From: Flavobacterium sp. UBA7680
GTDB lineage: Bacteria; Bacteroidota; Bacteroidia; Flavobacteriales; Flavobacteriaceae
Assembly (NCBI RefSeq): GCF_002482975.1
Contig: NZ_DLHA01000050.1
Coordinates: 254,546-318,545, forward strand
DNA length: 64,000 nucleotides
Direction of reading: 5' to 3'
Shown: piece after piece, positions 55,470 through 64,000 of the stretch
Position numbering within the stretch: the first letter of the stretch is position 1
Layout of the letters: every line of letters begins with the position of its first letter
Notes under the pieces: generated by a model
The model's database searches: none
The model's input: only the letters and a program-made list of their open reading frames with translations
Told to the model about the DNA's origin: nothing
Made by a program: the position numbers and the translations under genes

Positions 55470-56241
55470 TTAATTTCCAAGTATTAAGTTGCTGCATTGT
55501 ATGATGTGCCGTTAAGTCGAACTGAACAGGAACTACCGAAATATATCCGTTTTCAAGTGCCCATTCATCGGTATCTTCGCCATTATCTTCATTGGTAAAT
55601 TTGCCTGTTAGCCAGTAATAATCTTTACCGTAAGGCGTTTGTCTTTTATCAAATTTCTGGGCATAATACGCTTTCGCCTGACGACAGATTTTTATTCCTT
55701 TGATTTCTTTTTCGCTCAATTTCGGAAAATTAACATTTAAAACCACTCCGGCAGGAAGTTTATTTTTTAATGTTTCTAAAGCTATTTTTTTTACGAATGC
55801 TTTAGCGGGTTCAAAATCGGCATTCCAGTCAAAGTCCAAAAGAGAAAAACCAATCGCCTGAATACCTTCAATTCCGGCTTCGACAGCGGCGCTCATTGTT
55901 CCCGAATAAATCACATTTATAGAAGAATTTGATCCGTGATTAATTCCCGAAACACACAAGTCCGGTTTTCGTTTTAAAATTTCATTAACGGCCAGTTTTA
56001 CACAGTCTACAGGCGTTCCGGAACAGCTGTATTCTGTAACAGAATCTCCATCTTTAGAAATTTTATCCAGAAATAAAGTATTGTTTATCGTAATGGCGTG
56101 TCCCATTGCGCTTTGAGGCTTGTCTGGGGCGACCACAACGACATCGCCAATAGTTTCCATAACGCTTATTAAAGCTCTGATTCCGGGAGCCAGAATTCCA
56201 TCATCATTCGTAACTAATATTAAAGGTTTTTCGTCTTTCAT
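55462..56241 (-). CDS. surE: 5'/3'-nucleotidase SurE
   Basis: It has ILVTNDDGILAPGIRAL and SGINHGSN motifs. 259 aa. Confidence 0.9.
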   Translation of the reverse strand: MKDEKPLILVTNDDGILAPGIRALISVMETIGDVVVVAPDKPQSAMGHAITINNTLFLDKISKDGDSVTEYSCSGTPVDCVKLAVNEILKRKPDLCVSGINHGSNSSINVIYSGTMSAAVEAGIEGIQAIGFSLLDFDWNADFEPAKAFVKKIALETLKNKLPAGVVLNVNFPKLSEKEIKGIKICRQAKAYYAQKFDKRQTPYGKDYYWLTGKFTNEDNGEDTDEWALENGYISVVPVQFDLTAHHTMQQLNTWKLNG

Positions 56242-56453
56242 GCTGCGTTTTCCATTTTTGATTTATCAAAATAAAAGCTTGTTAGGGCAAATGTAGTAAC
56301 AGATTTTGGTAGAATACTAACAAATAAATAAAAATTGTAAACTAAATTCCAGAAGACTTTTAAGCATCAAACATTTTTATATCTTTAACAAAAAATTATA
56401 CTGATCTTGGCATGTTGGCATAGTTTTTACCGTAACTTAGATTAAAAAATTTG

Positions 56454-58637
56454 ATGAATGCTATTATTAAGTTTATGAAAAGAAATTATAAAATACTTAT
56501 AGCCGTATTATGCTTGTCTTTAACCCTGTTTGCTTTTAAAATAAATGCTGACAAGAATGATGATCCGGACCCAAATAAAGACAAGACATTATTAGAATTA
56601 CTGGCTTTTGTTATTGAAAAAGGACACTACAGCCCGGCTGAAATAAATGACGAATTTTCGAAAGGTATTTTTAAAGATTATATCGAGGCATTAGACCCTT
56701 CGAAGCGATTTTTCCTGCAGTCTGATATTGATGAATTTAAGCAATATGAGCTAATGCTGGACGATCAGTTTTTGAATAAAGATTTGACATTTTTCAACTT
56801 GACTTATACAAGGCTGATGAAGAGAATGGAAGAAAGCAAAAAACGTTACAAAACGATTTTAGCGCAGCCATTTAACTACACAACAGATGAGACTTTTAAT
56901 GCAGATTATGAGAAACTTCCGTATGCAAAAAACTTAACGGAAATCAATGAAAGATGGAGAAAACAAATTAAATTATCTACACTTTCATCGCTTGTAACAA
57001 AACAAAAAATTGAAGAAGAGAAAAAGAAAAAAGATCCTGCTTATCAGGAAAAATCTTTTGATGCTTTAGAAAAAGACACACGAGAAAGTTCATTAAAATC
57101 TTTAGATGATAATTTTAGTGTAATTAAAGATTTGAATAAAGATTACTGGTTTTCAGTGTATTTAAATTCAATCATGGCTCGTTTTGACCCTCATACAAGT
57201 TATTTTGCTCCAGAAGAAAAAGATCGTTTTGATGTAAACATCAGCGGAAAATTAGAAGGAATTGGAGCAAGATTGACTAAGAAAAATGATTTTACTCAAA
57301 TTGATGAGTTAATTTCTGGCGGACCAGCATGGAAAGGAAAACAACTTGAGGCTGGAGATTTAATCTTGAAAGTAGCTCAAGGAAATGAAGAACCTGTTGA
57401 TGTAGTTGGAATGCGTCTTGATGATGTTGTGAAAAAAATCAAAGGTCATAAAGGAACTGAAGTTAAACTTACCGTTAAAAAAGTGGACGGAAGTATCAAA
57501 GTAATTTCAATTATCAGAGATGTTGTTGAAATTGAAGAAACATATGCAAAATCAAGTATTGTTGAGAAAAACGGATTAAAATATGGCGTTATTTACCTGC
57601 CTAAATTTTATATCGATTTTGAAAACAAAGACGGTCGTGATGCAGGAAAAGATATTGCTCTTGAAGTTGAAAGACTGAAAAAAGAAAACATAAACGGTAT
57701 TGTTCTTGACGTTCGTGATGACGGTGGAGGATCTCTTTCTACAGTTGTTGATATCGCTGGTTTATTTATTGAAGAAGGACCAATCGTTCAGGTAAAATCT
57801 GCTGGTAAAAAGAAAGAAGTTTTATACGATAAAGATAAAAAAATAGAGTGGGACGGACCATTAGTAATTATGGTGAACAGTTTCTCTGCTTCGGCTTCTG
57901 AGATTTTAGCAGCTGCAATTCAGGATTACAAACGTGGTGTTATCATTGGTAGTAAACAAACTTACGGTAAAGGAACGGTACAAAATGTACTTGATTTGAA
58001 CCAATTTGTTCGTAATGCAAATTATGGAGATTTAGGAGCATTGAAAATTACAGGCCAAAAATTCTATAGAATTAACGGAGGTTCAACTCAGTTAGAAGGT
58101 GTTCATAGTGACGTGGTTATGCCAGATCGTTATGCTTACTTAAAAATGGGAGAGCGTGATATTGACAATGCAATGCCGTGGGACAAAATTGATCCGGCAG
58201 ATTACAGCACTTGGACGTCTAACGAAAACTTTACAAAAGCAATCGAGAAAAGTAAAAACAGAATTTTACAAAATCCTCAATTTAAATTAATTGAAGATAA
58301 TGCAAAATGGATCGATGTTAAGAATAAAGAAAACATATACAGCTTGAACATTAATAGTTTTAAACAAACTCAGGAACAAGTTGAAAATGAAGGAAAAAAA
58401 TACAAACCAATTTCTGATTATAAAAACAGTTTAGTGTTTAGATCATTGCCTTATGAAGAGGTTGAAATGAATAACGATGCTACATTGAAAGAAAAAAGAG
58501 AAGCTTGGCACCAGGCATTATCTAAAGATGTTTATGTGGAAGAAGCATTAAATGTTTTAGATGACTTACAATCTAAATCTTTAGTAAAAAATGGCGTTTC
58601 TCCTAAAATGAAAAAAGATAAATTGGTAAAATCTTAA
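56454..58637 (+). CDS. S41 carboxy-terminal processing (tail-specific) peptidase
   Basis: It has a PDZ-like region (GGPAWKGKQLEAGDLILKV), the catalytic Ser block NSFSASASEILAAAIQD and the Lys block GKGTVQ. The start could be the ATG at 56454 or the one at 56475. Confidence 0.85.
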   Translation: MNAIIKFMKRNYKILIAVLCLSLTLFAFKINADKNDDPDPNKDKTLLELLAFVIEKGHYSPAEINDEFSKGIFKDYIEALDPSKRFFLQSDIDEFKQYELMLDDQFLNKDLTFFNLTYTRLMKRMEESKKRYKTILAQPFNYTTDETFNADYEKLPYAKNLTEINERWRKQIKLSTLSSLVTKQKIEEEKKKKDPAYQEKSFDALEKDTRESSLKSLDDNFSVIKDLNKDYWFSVYLNSIMARFDPHTSYFAPEEKDRFDVNISGKLEGIGARLTKKNDFTQIDELISGGPAWKGKQLEAGDLILKVAQGNEEPVDVVGMRLDDVVKKIKGHKGTEVKLTVKKVDGSIKVISIIRDVVEIEETYAKSSIVEKNGLKYGVIYLPKFYIDFENKDGRDAGKDIALEVERLKKENINGIVLDVRDDGGGSLSTVVDIAGLFIEEGPIVQVKSAGKKKEVLYDKDKKIEWDGPLVIMVNSFSASASEILAAAIQDYKRGVIIGSKQTYGKGTVQNVLDLNQFVRNANYGDLGALKITGQKFYRINGGSTQLEGVHSDVVMPDRYAYLKMGERDIDNAMPWDKIDPADYSTWTSNENFTKAIEKSKNRILQNPQFKLIEDNAKWIDVKNKENIYSLNINSFKQTQEQVENEGKKYKPISDYKNSLVFRSLPYEEVEMNNDATLKEKREAWHQALSKDVYVEEALNVLDDLQSKSLVKNGVSPKMKKDKLVKS

Positions 58638-58663
58638 AGATTTTAAATGTTTAATTTGTTATT

Positions 58664-58701
58664 AAAAAACGCTTCTTAAAGTAATTTATGAAGCGTTTTT
58701 T
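58664..58701 (+). terminator. Rho-independent terminator after the S41 peptidase gene
   Basis: The stem aaaaaacgcttc/gaagcgtttttt closes a 14-nt loop, and the 3' arm supplies the T-run. Confidence 0.65.
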
Positions 58702-58726
58702 AGTTTAAAAGAAAAAAGTAATATTT

Positions 58727-59512
58727 ATGAAAAGTATTTTAGTTTGCGGATTGATTGGTTTGGCATTGCTTTCTTGTAAAAAGGAAAATGAAACTGTTGT
58801 TGAAACAGAAATAGCAAAAGCAGAAAATTCATTTGTTTCTGACCAAAGTAATACTGGTTCTTTATATTCGATTGCTTATCAGCCAACTTCGACCACAAAT
58901 CAAATTATTCAGCATAAATATTACACGCTTTCTTATAATGAAAAATTTGAGCAGGCCGAATGGGTCGCTTATGAATTGAAGAAAGAATATCTAAAAAACG
59001 GAAATTACAAACGTCCGTATTTTATTGAAGATCCAAAAGTAACAACGGGTTCTGCAGATTGGAGAAATTATAAAAAGTCAGGTTATGATAAAGGGCATCT
59101 TTGTCCTGCGGGCGATATGGAATTTAGCAAAGACGCTTATGATGATACTTTTTATACTTCGAATATTTCACCGCAAAGACATGATTTTAATAGCGGAATC
59201 TGGAACAGAATTGAGCAGAAAACTCGTTATTGGGCTGGAAAATACAATGATATTTATGTAGTTACTGGAGGAATCCTGAAAGATTCAGATAAAAAAATAG
59301 GAACAGAGAAAGTTTCTGTTCCTAAATATTTTTATAAAATTGTTTTAGCTAAATCTGGAAAGGAACATAAAGCAATTGCTTTTTTGGTTCCGAATGAAGA
59401 CAGCGATAAACCAATTTATGATTTCGTTGTTCCTATTGAAACTCTGGAAAAAATGACTGGAATTGATTTCTTCCCAAATTTAAAAAACTTAAAAAGCAGT
59501 AAGGACTTTTAA
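58727..59512 (+). CDS. Secreted DNA/RNA non-specific endonuclease (NucA/EndoG family) lipoprotein
   Basis: It has a lipoprotein signal (LLSCKKE), the DRGH-type motif YDKGHLCPAGD and the downstream NISPQ. Confidence 0.8.
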   Translation: MKSILVCGLIGLALLSCKKENETVVETEIAKAENSFVSDQSNTGSLYSIAYQPTSTTNQIIQHKYYTLSYNEKFEQAEWVAYELKKEYLKNGNYKRPYFIEDPKVTTGSADWRNYKKSGYDKGHLCPAGDMEFSKDAYDDTFYTSNISPQRHDFNSGIWNRIEQKTRYWAGKYNDIYVVTGGILKDSDKKIGTEKVSVPKYFYKIVLAKSGKEHKAIAFLVPNEDSDKPIYDFVVPIETLEKMTGIDFFPNLKNLKSSKDF

Positions 59513-60151
59513 ATCTGCAATTGTTTCGGTTGGATTTTCGGCTTTAAAAACAAAGCTTCCGGCAACTAAAACATCGGCTCCTGCTTCTACTAATTGTTTT
59601 GCATTTTTGTTGGTTACACCGCCGTCAATTTCGATAAGAGTTGACGCGTTTTTACGTGTAATTAAAGCTTTTAGTTTTTTTACTTTATCATAAGTGTTTT
59701 CAATAAACGACTGTCCGCCAAAACCCGGATTCACACTCATAATACAAACTAAGTCAATATCATTAATAACATCTTCTAACAAGTCAATATTAGTATGCGG
59801 ATTGATGGCAACTCCGGCTTTCATTCCTTCGGCTTTAATAGCTTGTAATGTTCTGTGTAAATGTGTACAAGCTTCATAATGTACAGTTAAACCGTTAGCG
59901 CCTAAATCAGCGAAGGTTTTAATATAACGATCCGGATCAATAATCATTAAATGTACATCAATATACTTTTTGGCATGTTTAGAAATAGCTTCTAAAACAG
60001 GCATTCCAAAAGAAATATTCGGAACAAAAACTCCATCCATAATATCAATATGAAACCAATCGGCCTGGCTGATGTTAATCATTTCGATATCACGCTGCAG
60101 GTTCGCAAAATCGGCAGCAAGAACTGAAGGAGCAATAAGAGTATTTTTCAT
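59489..60151 (-). CDS. rpe: Ribulose-phosphate 3-epimerase
   Basis: It has IAPSVLAADFANL, HIDIMDG and SVNPGFGGQ motifs. I chose the ATG at 60151, since the longer 60220 start adds a non-homologous extension. Confidence 0.9.
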   Translation of the reverse strand: MKNTLIAPSVLAADFANLQRDIEMINISQADWFHIDIMDGVFVPNISFGMPVLEAISKHAKKYIDVHLMIIDPDRYIKTFADLGANGLTVHYEACTHLHRTLQAIKAEGMKAGVAINPHTNIDLLEDVINDIDLVCIMSVNPGFGGQSFIENTYDKVKKLKALITRKNASTLIEIDGGVTNKNAKQLVEAGADVLVAGSFVFKAENPTETIADLKVLTAF

Positions 60152-60401
60152 TTTGTAGTGGTGTGTTTTTTTACAAAGATAAAATTTTTTAACCGTAATC
60201 CCGACAACTATCCGGGTCAAGGTTTTATGTAAAATTCATATAGGTTTAAGATGTTTATGTTTTGCTAAATTTATTTTTAATAGATTAAGGTTTTGTCATT
60301 ATTTTAATTAAAATAATAAGAAAGAAATATAGTAAATCTAAAAAAGGAAATAAATAATTCGTATGGGTTTTTTTGTAAATTGCGGCAAATAATCCTACTT
60401 G

Positions 60402-62324
60402 ATGAAAATAACTCTACTTTCAATTATTACCTTTTTTTTATCTGCAAATATGCTCTTTAGCCAAAAGGCATTAGACCCTACAGCAGAAGATATTCAATTA
60501 GCAAAATCACTTAGAGAAAAATATTCTAAAGATGATGTGGCCGTTTTAGAAAGCAAGGAAAACATTACGTTTGAACTTAACAAAAGCGATGCTAAAGTTG
60601 TGGTTAAAAACTCTGTTAGAGAAGTTTTAATGAACATTAATCACAGAGCTGATATTAATAAATATGAGTTTTATGACAGCGAATCTTCGATTGAAAGTTT
60701 TATTCTGAAATACAGAAATCAAAAAAATACCGGGTTTACGTTAAAAGATCAATTTTACAAAGACAACGATTTGTTCTACAATGATGCCCGCGTAAAGTAT
60801 ATGGACGTAGATTTTCCGGTTCAGGGATATAGTTATATCTATGAGCTTGAAAAAAAGTATAATGATGTTAAGTATTTTACTTCTTTGTATTTTAATGACG
60901 AGTTTCCGGTTATTAAAAAAGAGATTACAGTTACCGTTCCGGACTGGTTAAATTTAGAATTGAAGGAATTTAATTTTGATGGAAATACTATTTCTAAAAC
61001 TAAAACGCGCGACGATAGAAATGGTGCTACAATTTATACTTATGTAATGGAAAATGTTGATGCTTTTTATAAAGAGAAAAAAGCACCGGGAAGAAGTTAT
61101 ATCTATCCGCATGTTCTGGTTATAGCAAAATCATTTAAACATAGAGATAAAGAAACGATGCTTTTTAATTCGACTGCAGATCTTTATAAATGGTATAAAT
61201 CATTAGTAGATTCTATGAAAGATGATACAAGTCTGCTTGCCGCTAAAGTTAAAGAGTTGACGTCTTCGGCAAAAACCGATGAAGAAAAAATCAAGAATAT
61301 TTATTATTGGGTTCAGGATAATATTAGATATATAGCATTTGAAGACGGAATCGCGGGTTTTAAACCAGACGAAGCGCAAAACGTTTTTGAAAAAAGATAT
61401 GGGGATTGTAAAGGAATGGCAAACCTGAGTAAACAAATGCTGAAATTGGCAGGATTTGATGCGAGACTTACCTGGATTGGCACCAAGCATATTTTGTATG
61501 ATTATACAACACCTTCTTTAGCGGTTGATAACCATATGATTTGTACACTGTTTTATAAAGGCAAAACGTATTTTATAGACGGTACAGAGAAGTATAATTC
61601 TTTTGGGGAAGATGCGGAAAGAATTCAAAATAAAGAAGTAATGATTGAAGATGGGGATAAATTTATCATTAAAAAAGTTCCAGCTTCGGGAAGTGAACTA
61701 AACAAGGAAATTTATAACGCCAAGTTAATTGTTGACAATGATAAATTGAGCGGAAGCTGCTCTAAAACCTATTCGGGAGAAAGTAAAACGGAGTTTTTAA
61801 ATATTTTTAATTCTTTTGAAAATAATAAAAAAGGCGAAACTTTAGAAAAATACCTTTCTGGAAATGATAAAAATATTACAGCTAAAAATATTAAAACCTC
61901 AGATTTAAAAAACAGAGATTTAAAACTTTCGTTGAATTATGATTTAGATGTTCAAAATAAGGTTTCAAAGTTTGATAATGATATTTTTATAGATTTAGCC
62001 TATATGGATGAATATAAAAATTTTGAGTTTAAAGACAGAAAAACAAATTACGAACTAAATTATAAAACAAATTACGAATCGAATGTAGTTTTGGCGATTC
62101 CTGACGGATATAAACTGAGTAAATTACCTGAAAGCTTAAATGTAAATGAAGAAGATTTCAGTGCTCTGATTTCGTTTAAACAAGTTGGTAAAGAGATTGT
62201 TTACAAAAAGCAATTTGTGTTTAAAAATGCCGTGGTTAAAAAAACAGATATGGCAAAATGGAATGACTTCAATAAAAACCTTAAAACAATTTATAACCAA
62301 CAAATAATTTTTACAAAATCATAA
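60402..62324 (+). CDS. DUF3857/transglutaminase-like secreted protein with intact Cys-His-Asp candidates
   Basis: It has a signal peptide and the transglutaminase-core-like YGDCKGMANL (Cys codon 61407..61409). The downstream DNHMICT and YFIDGT supply His and Asp candidates. About 640 aa. Confidence 0.6.
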   Translation: MKITLLSIITFFLSANMLFSQKALDPTAEDIQLAKSLREKYSKDDVAVLESKENITFELNKSDAKVVVKNSVREVLMNINHRADINKYEFYDSESSIESFILKYRNQKNTGFTLKDQFYKDNDLFYNDARVKYMDVDFPVQGYSYIYELEKKYNDVKYFTSLYFNDEFPVIKKEITVTVPDWLNLELKEFNFDGNTISKTKTRDDRNGATIYTYVMENVDAFYKEKKAPGRSYIYPHVLVIAKSFKHRDKETMLFNSTADLYKWYKSLVDSMKDDTSLLAAKVKELTSSAKTDEEKIKNIYYWVQDNIRYIAFEDGIAGFKPDEAQNVFEKRYGDCKGMANLSKQMLKLAGFDARLTWIGTKHILYDYTTPSLAVDNHMICTLFYKGKTYFIDGTEKYNSFGEDAERIQNKEVMIEDGDKFIIKKVPASGSELNKEIYNAKLIVDNDKLSGSCSKTYSGESKTEFLNIFNSFENNKKGETLEKYLSGNDKNITAKNIKTSDLKNRDLKLSLNYDLDVQNKVSKFDNDIFIDLAYMDEYKNFEFKDRKTNYELNYKTNYESNVVLAIPDGYKLSKLPESLNVNEEDFSALISFKQVGKEIVYKKQFVFKNAVVKKTDMAKWNDFNKNLKTIYNQQIIFTKS

Positions 62325-62330
62325 AACAGT

Positions 62331-64000
62331 ATGAATAAAACATTACTCATTTTCTTTATTACAATTTGTTTCTCTTCTTATTCACAGGATAAAACCGAAG
62401 TAAAAGACTTCTTTTGGGGAAAATCAGACACTTTTAAAACGGTGACCAAAACTCCAGACAAATGGAAGAATGAGTCGGCAGTTATTATTTATAAATATGA
62501 ACATTATGACTATCATAATTCTGGTGTAAAAGTAGTGCTTACAAGTGCTTATAGACAAAGAATAAAACTTCAGGATGAAAATTCGGTTAAAGAATTTTCG
62601 GAATTCTCGTTTAAAAACAAGTTTTATTCGTCAAGAGGATACAGCTATAAACAAGGAACAACATTTTTAGGAGTTAAAATTGTTAAGCCAGACGGAAAAG
62701 AAATTGAGGTTGATGTCGATAAAGATGCAAAGGCGGTTGATGACCAGAAAAAAATAGCTATAAATGGTCTTGAAATAGGAGATATTATAGATTATTATTA
62801 CTATTCGTATGAACCATTTGCTAGCCAGATTCAAAATTTTGATCCTGTTGAAAACACATTAGGAGACGTATATCCTATTATGAGCAGGAAAATGAAATTT
62901 TTAGTTGAAGAAGATTTTTATGTTGCTTTTAATACCTATCACGGTGCGCCTGAGTTAAAAGAAGTTGCTTCTGGAAAAAAACGTACTAAGGCATACGAAT
63001 TAACGGCTCATGATATTGAAAAAGAGGAGTTTCCGAGATGGTTTTATCCGTTAGTCGAACTGCCTTGTTATAAATTTCAGGTCTTTTTTGCAAAAAAATC
63101 GAGTGATGCTAAACCGTATTATTCCCAAATATTTTTGCCTAAACAGAATGAGGCTTTTAAAAAAACAGTCAATAAGGATGATATTTTTGACAATTATGAA
63201 AAGGAATTCCGTGCGGTTTTTGATTTAGGAGAAACACTAAAGTTTTTAAAAGGAAAAACTTTTGAAAGTGAGGAAGAAAAAATAAAAGCGGTTTACTTAT
63301 TTGCCAGACATCAGTATTACACACAATATATTGAATCGGCAGTTATTAAAGAAGCTGATATTTTTAATTCGTATGCCATGTACAAGAATCCTGATTTCTT
63401 TTCAAACGAATGGTCTTTTATATACTATTTTATGGCTTATATGAAAGAGTTTAAAATCGATTATAATATTGTATTGGCGACAGCCAGAAATAATGGTTCT
63501 CTGGATGAATTGCTGATTAAAAAAAATCTGACTCCATTATTACGAATCAATACACCAACTCCGTTATATCTTGAATATTGCAACCCTTTTACCACGCCGG
63601 GAACAATTGATTATAACCTTGAAAATACAAAAGGTTACATAATGGATTTTGTGAGCAACAGGACTATTGCAAACGTAAAGGAAGTGGATTTGCCATCGAC
63701 TACAGTTAAAGACAATATTACAAAAGTAGTAACGAATGTTTCTATGGATGCTGATTTGTCTAGTTTGAATGTTAAAAGAGCTTCAGAGTTTTATGGACAT
63801 TTTAAAAGCGATGAACAAAAGGATAAATTGAAGTTTTATGATTATGTAGATGAAGATTATCAAAAATATGGTACTGAAAGAGTTATAGATAAAGTAGGGA
63901 GTAAAAGCAAGCGCGAACAATATAACAAAGAGTTTGATGCTTTGAAAAACAAACTAAAAGATATTCAAAAAGAAAACGAGAAAAAATCTCTTTCGGGAGA
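62331..64000 (+). CDS. DUF3857-type paralog of the preceding gene, 3' end outside window
   Basis: The track does not list it because no stop falls in the window. I translated it from the ATG at 62331 (MNKTLLIFFITICFSSYSQDKTEVKDFFWGK...) and found no stop through 64000. It has a signal peptide and the same domain order as the upstream gene, but no GDC-type motif. Confidence 0.6.
   Translation, partial: MNKTLLIFFITICFSSYSQDKTEVKDFFWGKSDTFKTVTKTPDKWKNESAVIIYKYEHYDYHNSGVKVVLTSAYRQRIKLQDENSVKEFSEFSFKNKFYSSRGYSYKQGTTFLGVKIVKPDGKEIEVDVDKDAKAVDDQKKIAINGLEIGDIIDYYYYSYEPFASQIQNFDPVENTLGDVYPIMSRKMKFLVEEDFYVAFNTYHGAPELKEVASGKKRTKAYELTAHDIEKEEFPRWFYPLVELPCYKFQVFFAKKSSDAKPYYSQIFLPKQNEAFKKTVNKDDIFDNYEKEFRAVFDLGETLKFLKGKTFESEEEKIKAVYLFARHQYYTQYIESAVIKEADIFNSYAMYKNPDFFSNEWSFIYYFMAYMKEFKIDYNIVLATARNNGSLDELLIKKNLTPLLRINTPTPLYLEYCNPFTTPGTIDYNLENTKGYIMDFVSNRTIANVKEVDLPSTTVKDNITKVVTNVSMDADLSSLNVKRASEFYGHFKSDEQKDKLKFYDYVDEDYQKYGTERVIDKVGSKSKREQYNKEFDALKNKLKDIQKENEKKSLSG

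Overview
The window reads as core chromosome from a Flavobacterium-type Bacteroidota genome. It is AT-rich by eye (not computed) and has two SusC/SusD pairs, a T9SS C-terminal sorting domain, TAnnTTTG-type -7 boxes and many palindromic intergenic repeats.

Gene content in order:
- 1..8111: partial GH2-like hydrolase, sugar MFS transporter, ROK kinase, then a SusC/SusD pair.
- 8350..11851: housekeeping genes (HAD phosphatase, HI0933/BaiN-type flavoprotein, glycerophosphodiesterase).
- 12014..32316: a complete starch/maltodextrin utilisation locus in two divergent arms around a LacI-family regulator. The minus arm has an MFS symporter, beta-phosphoglucomutase, GH65 maltose phosphorylase, GH97 and two GH13 enzymes. 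The plus arm has SusC, SusD, a SusE-like protein and a GH13 amylase carrying a T9SS sorting domain.
- 32433..44001: MHS-type MFS transporter with a small partner, tRNA-Phe, coaX, an envelope cluster (beta-barrel, LptC-like, CNNM/CorC, PpiD-like), an orphan gene and two mevalonate-pathway genes.
- 44176..51460: DPP-IV plus two POT peptide transporters, then three tandem thioredoxin-fold paralogs.
- 51467..64000: comEC, an NlpC/P60 peptidase, lpxB, surE, an S41 peptidase, a secreted nuclease, rpe and two tandem DUF3857/transglutaminase-like genes. The last runs off the window.

I found no CRISPR array, transposase, integrase, prophage or recognisable defence genes, and no convincing brand-new multi-gene system.

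The observations most worth a second look are:
- The thioredoxin-fold trio, in which only the first copy keeps CXXC.
- Several families of nested palindromic elements that punctuate operons, overlap a stop codon and generate false N-terminal ORF extensions.
- A terminator hairpin embedded in the comEC 3' coding end.
- Active plus apparently inactive transglutaminase-like paralogs.
- A T9SS-sorted amylase in the SusG position.

All family calls come from motif recognition by eye. No searches were run.
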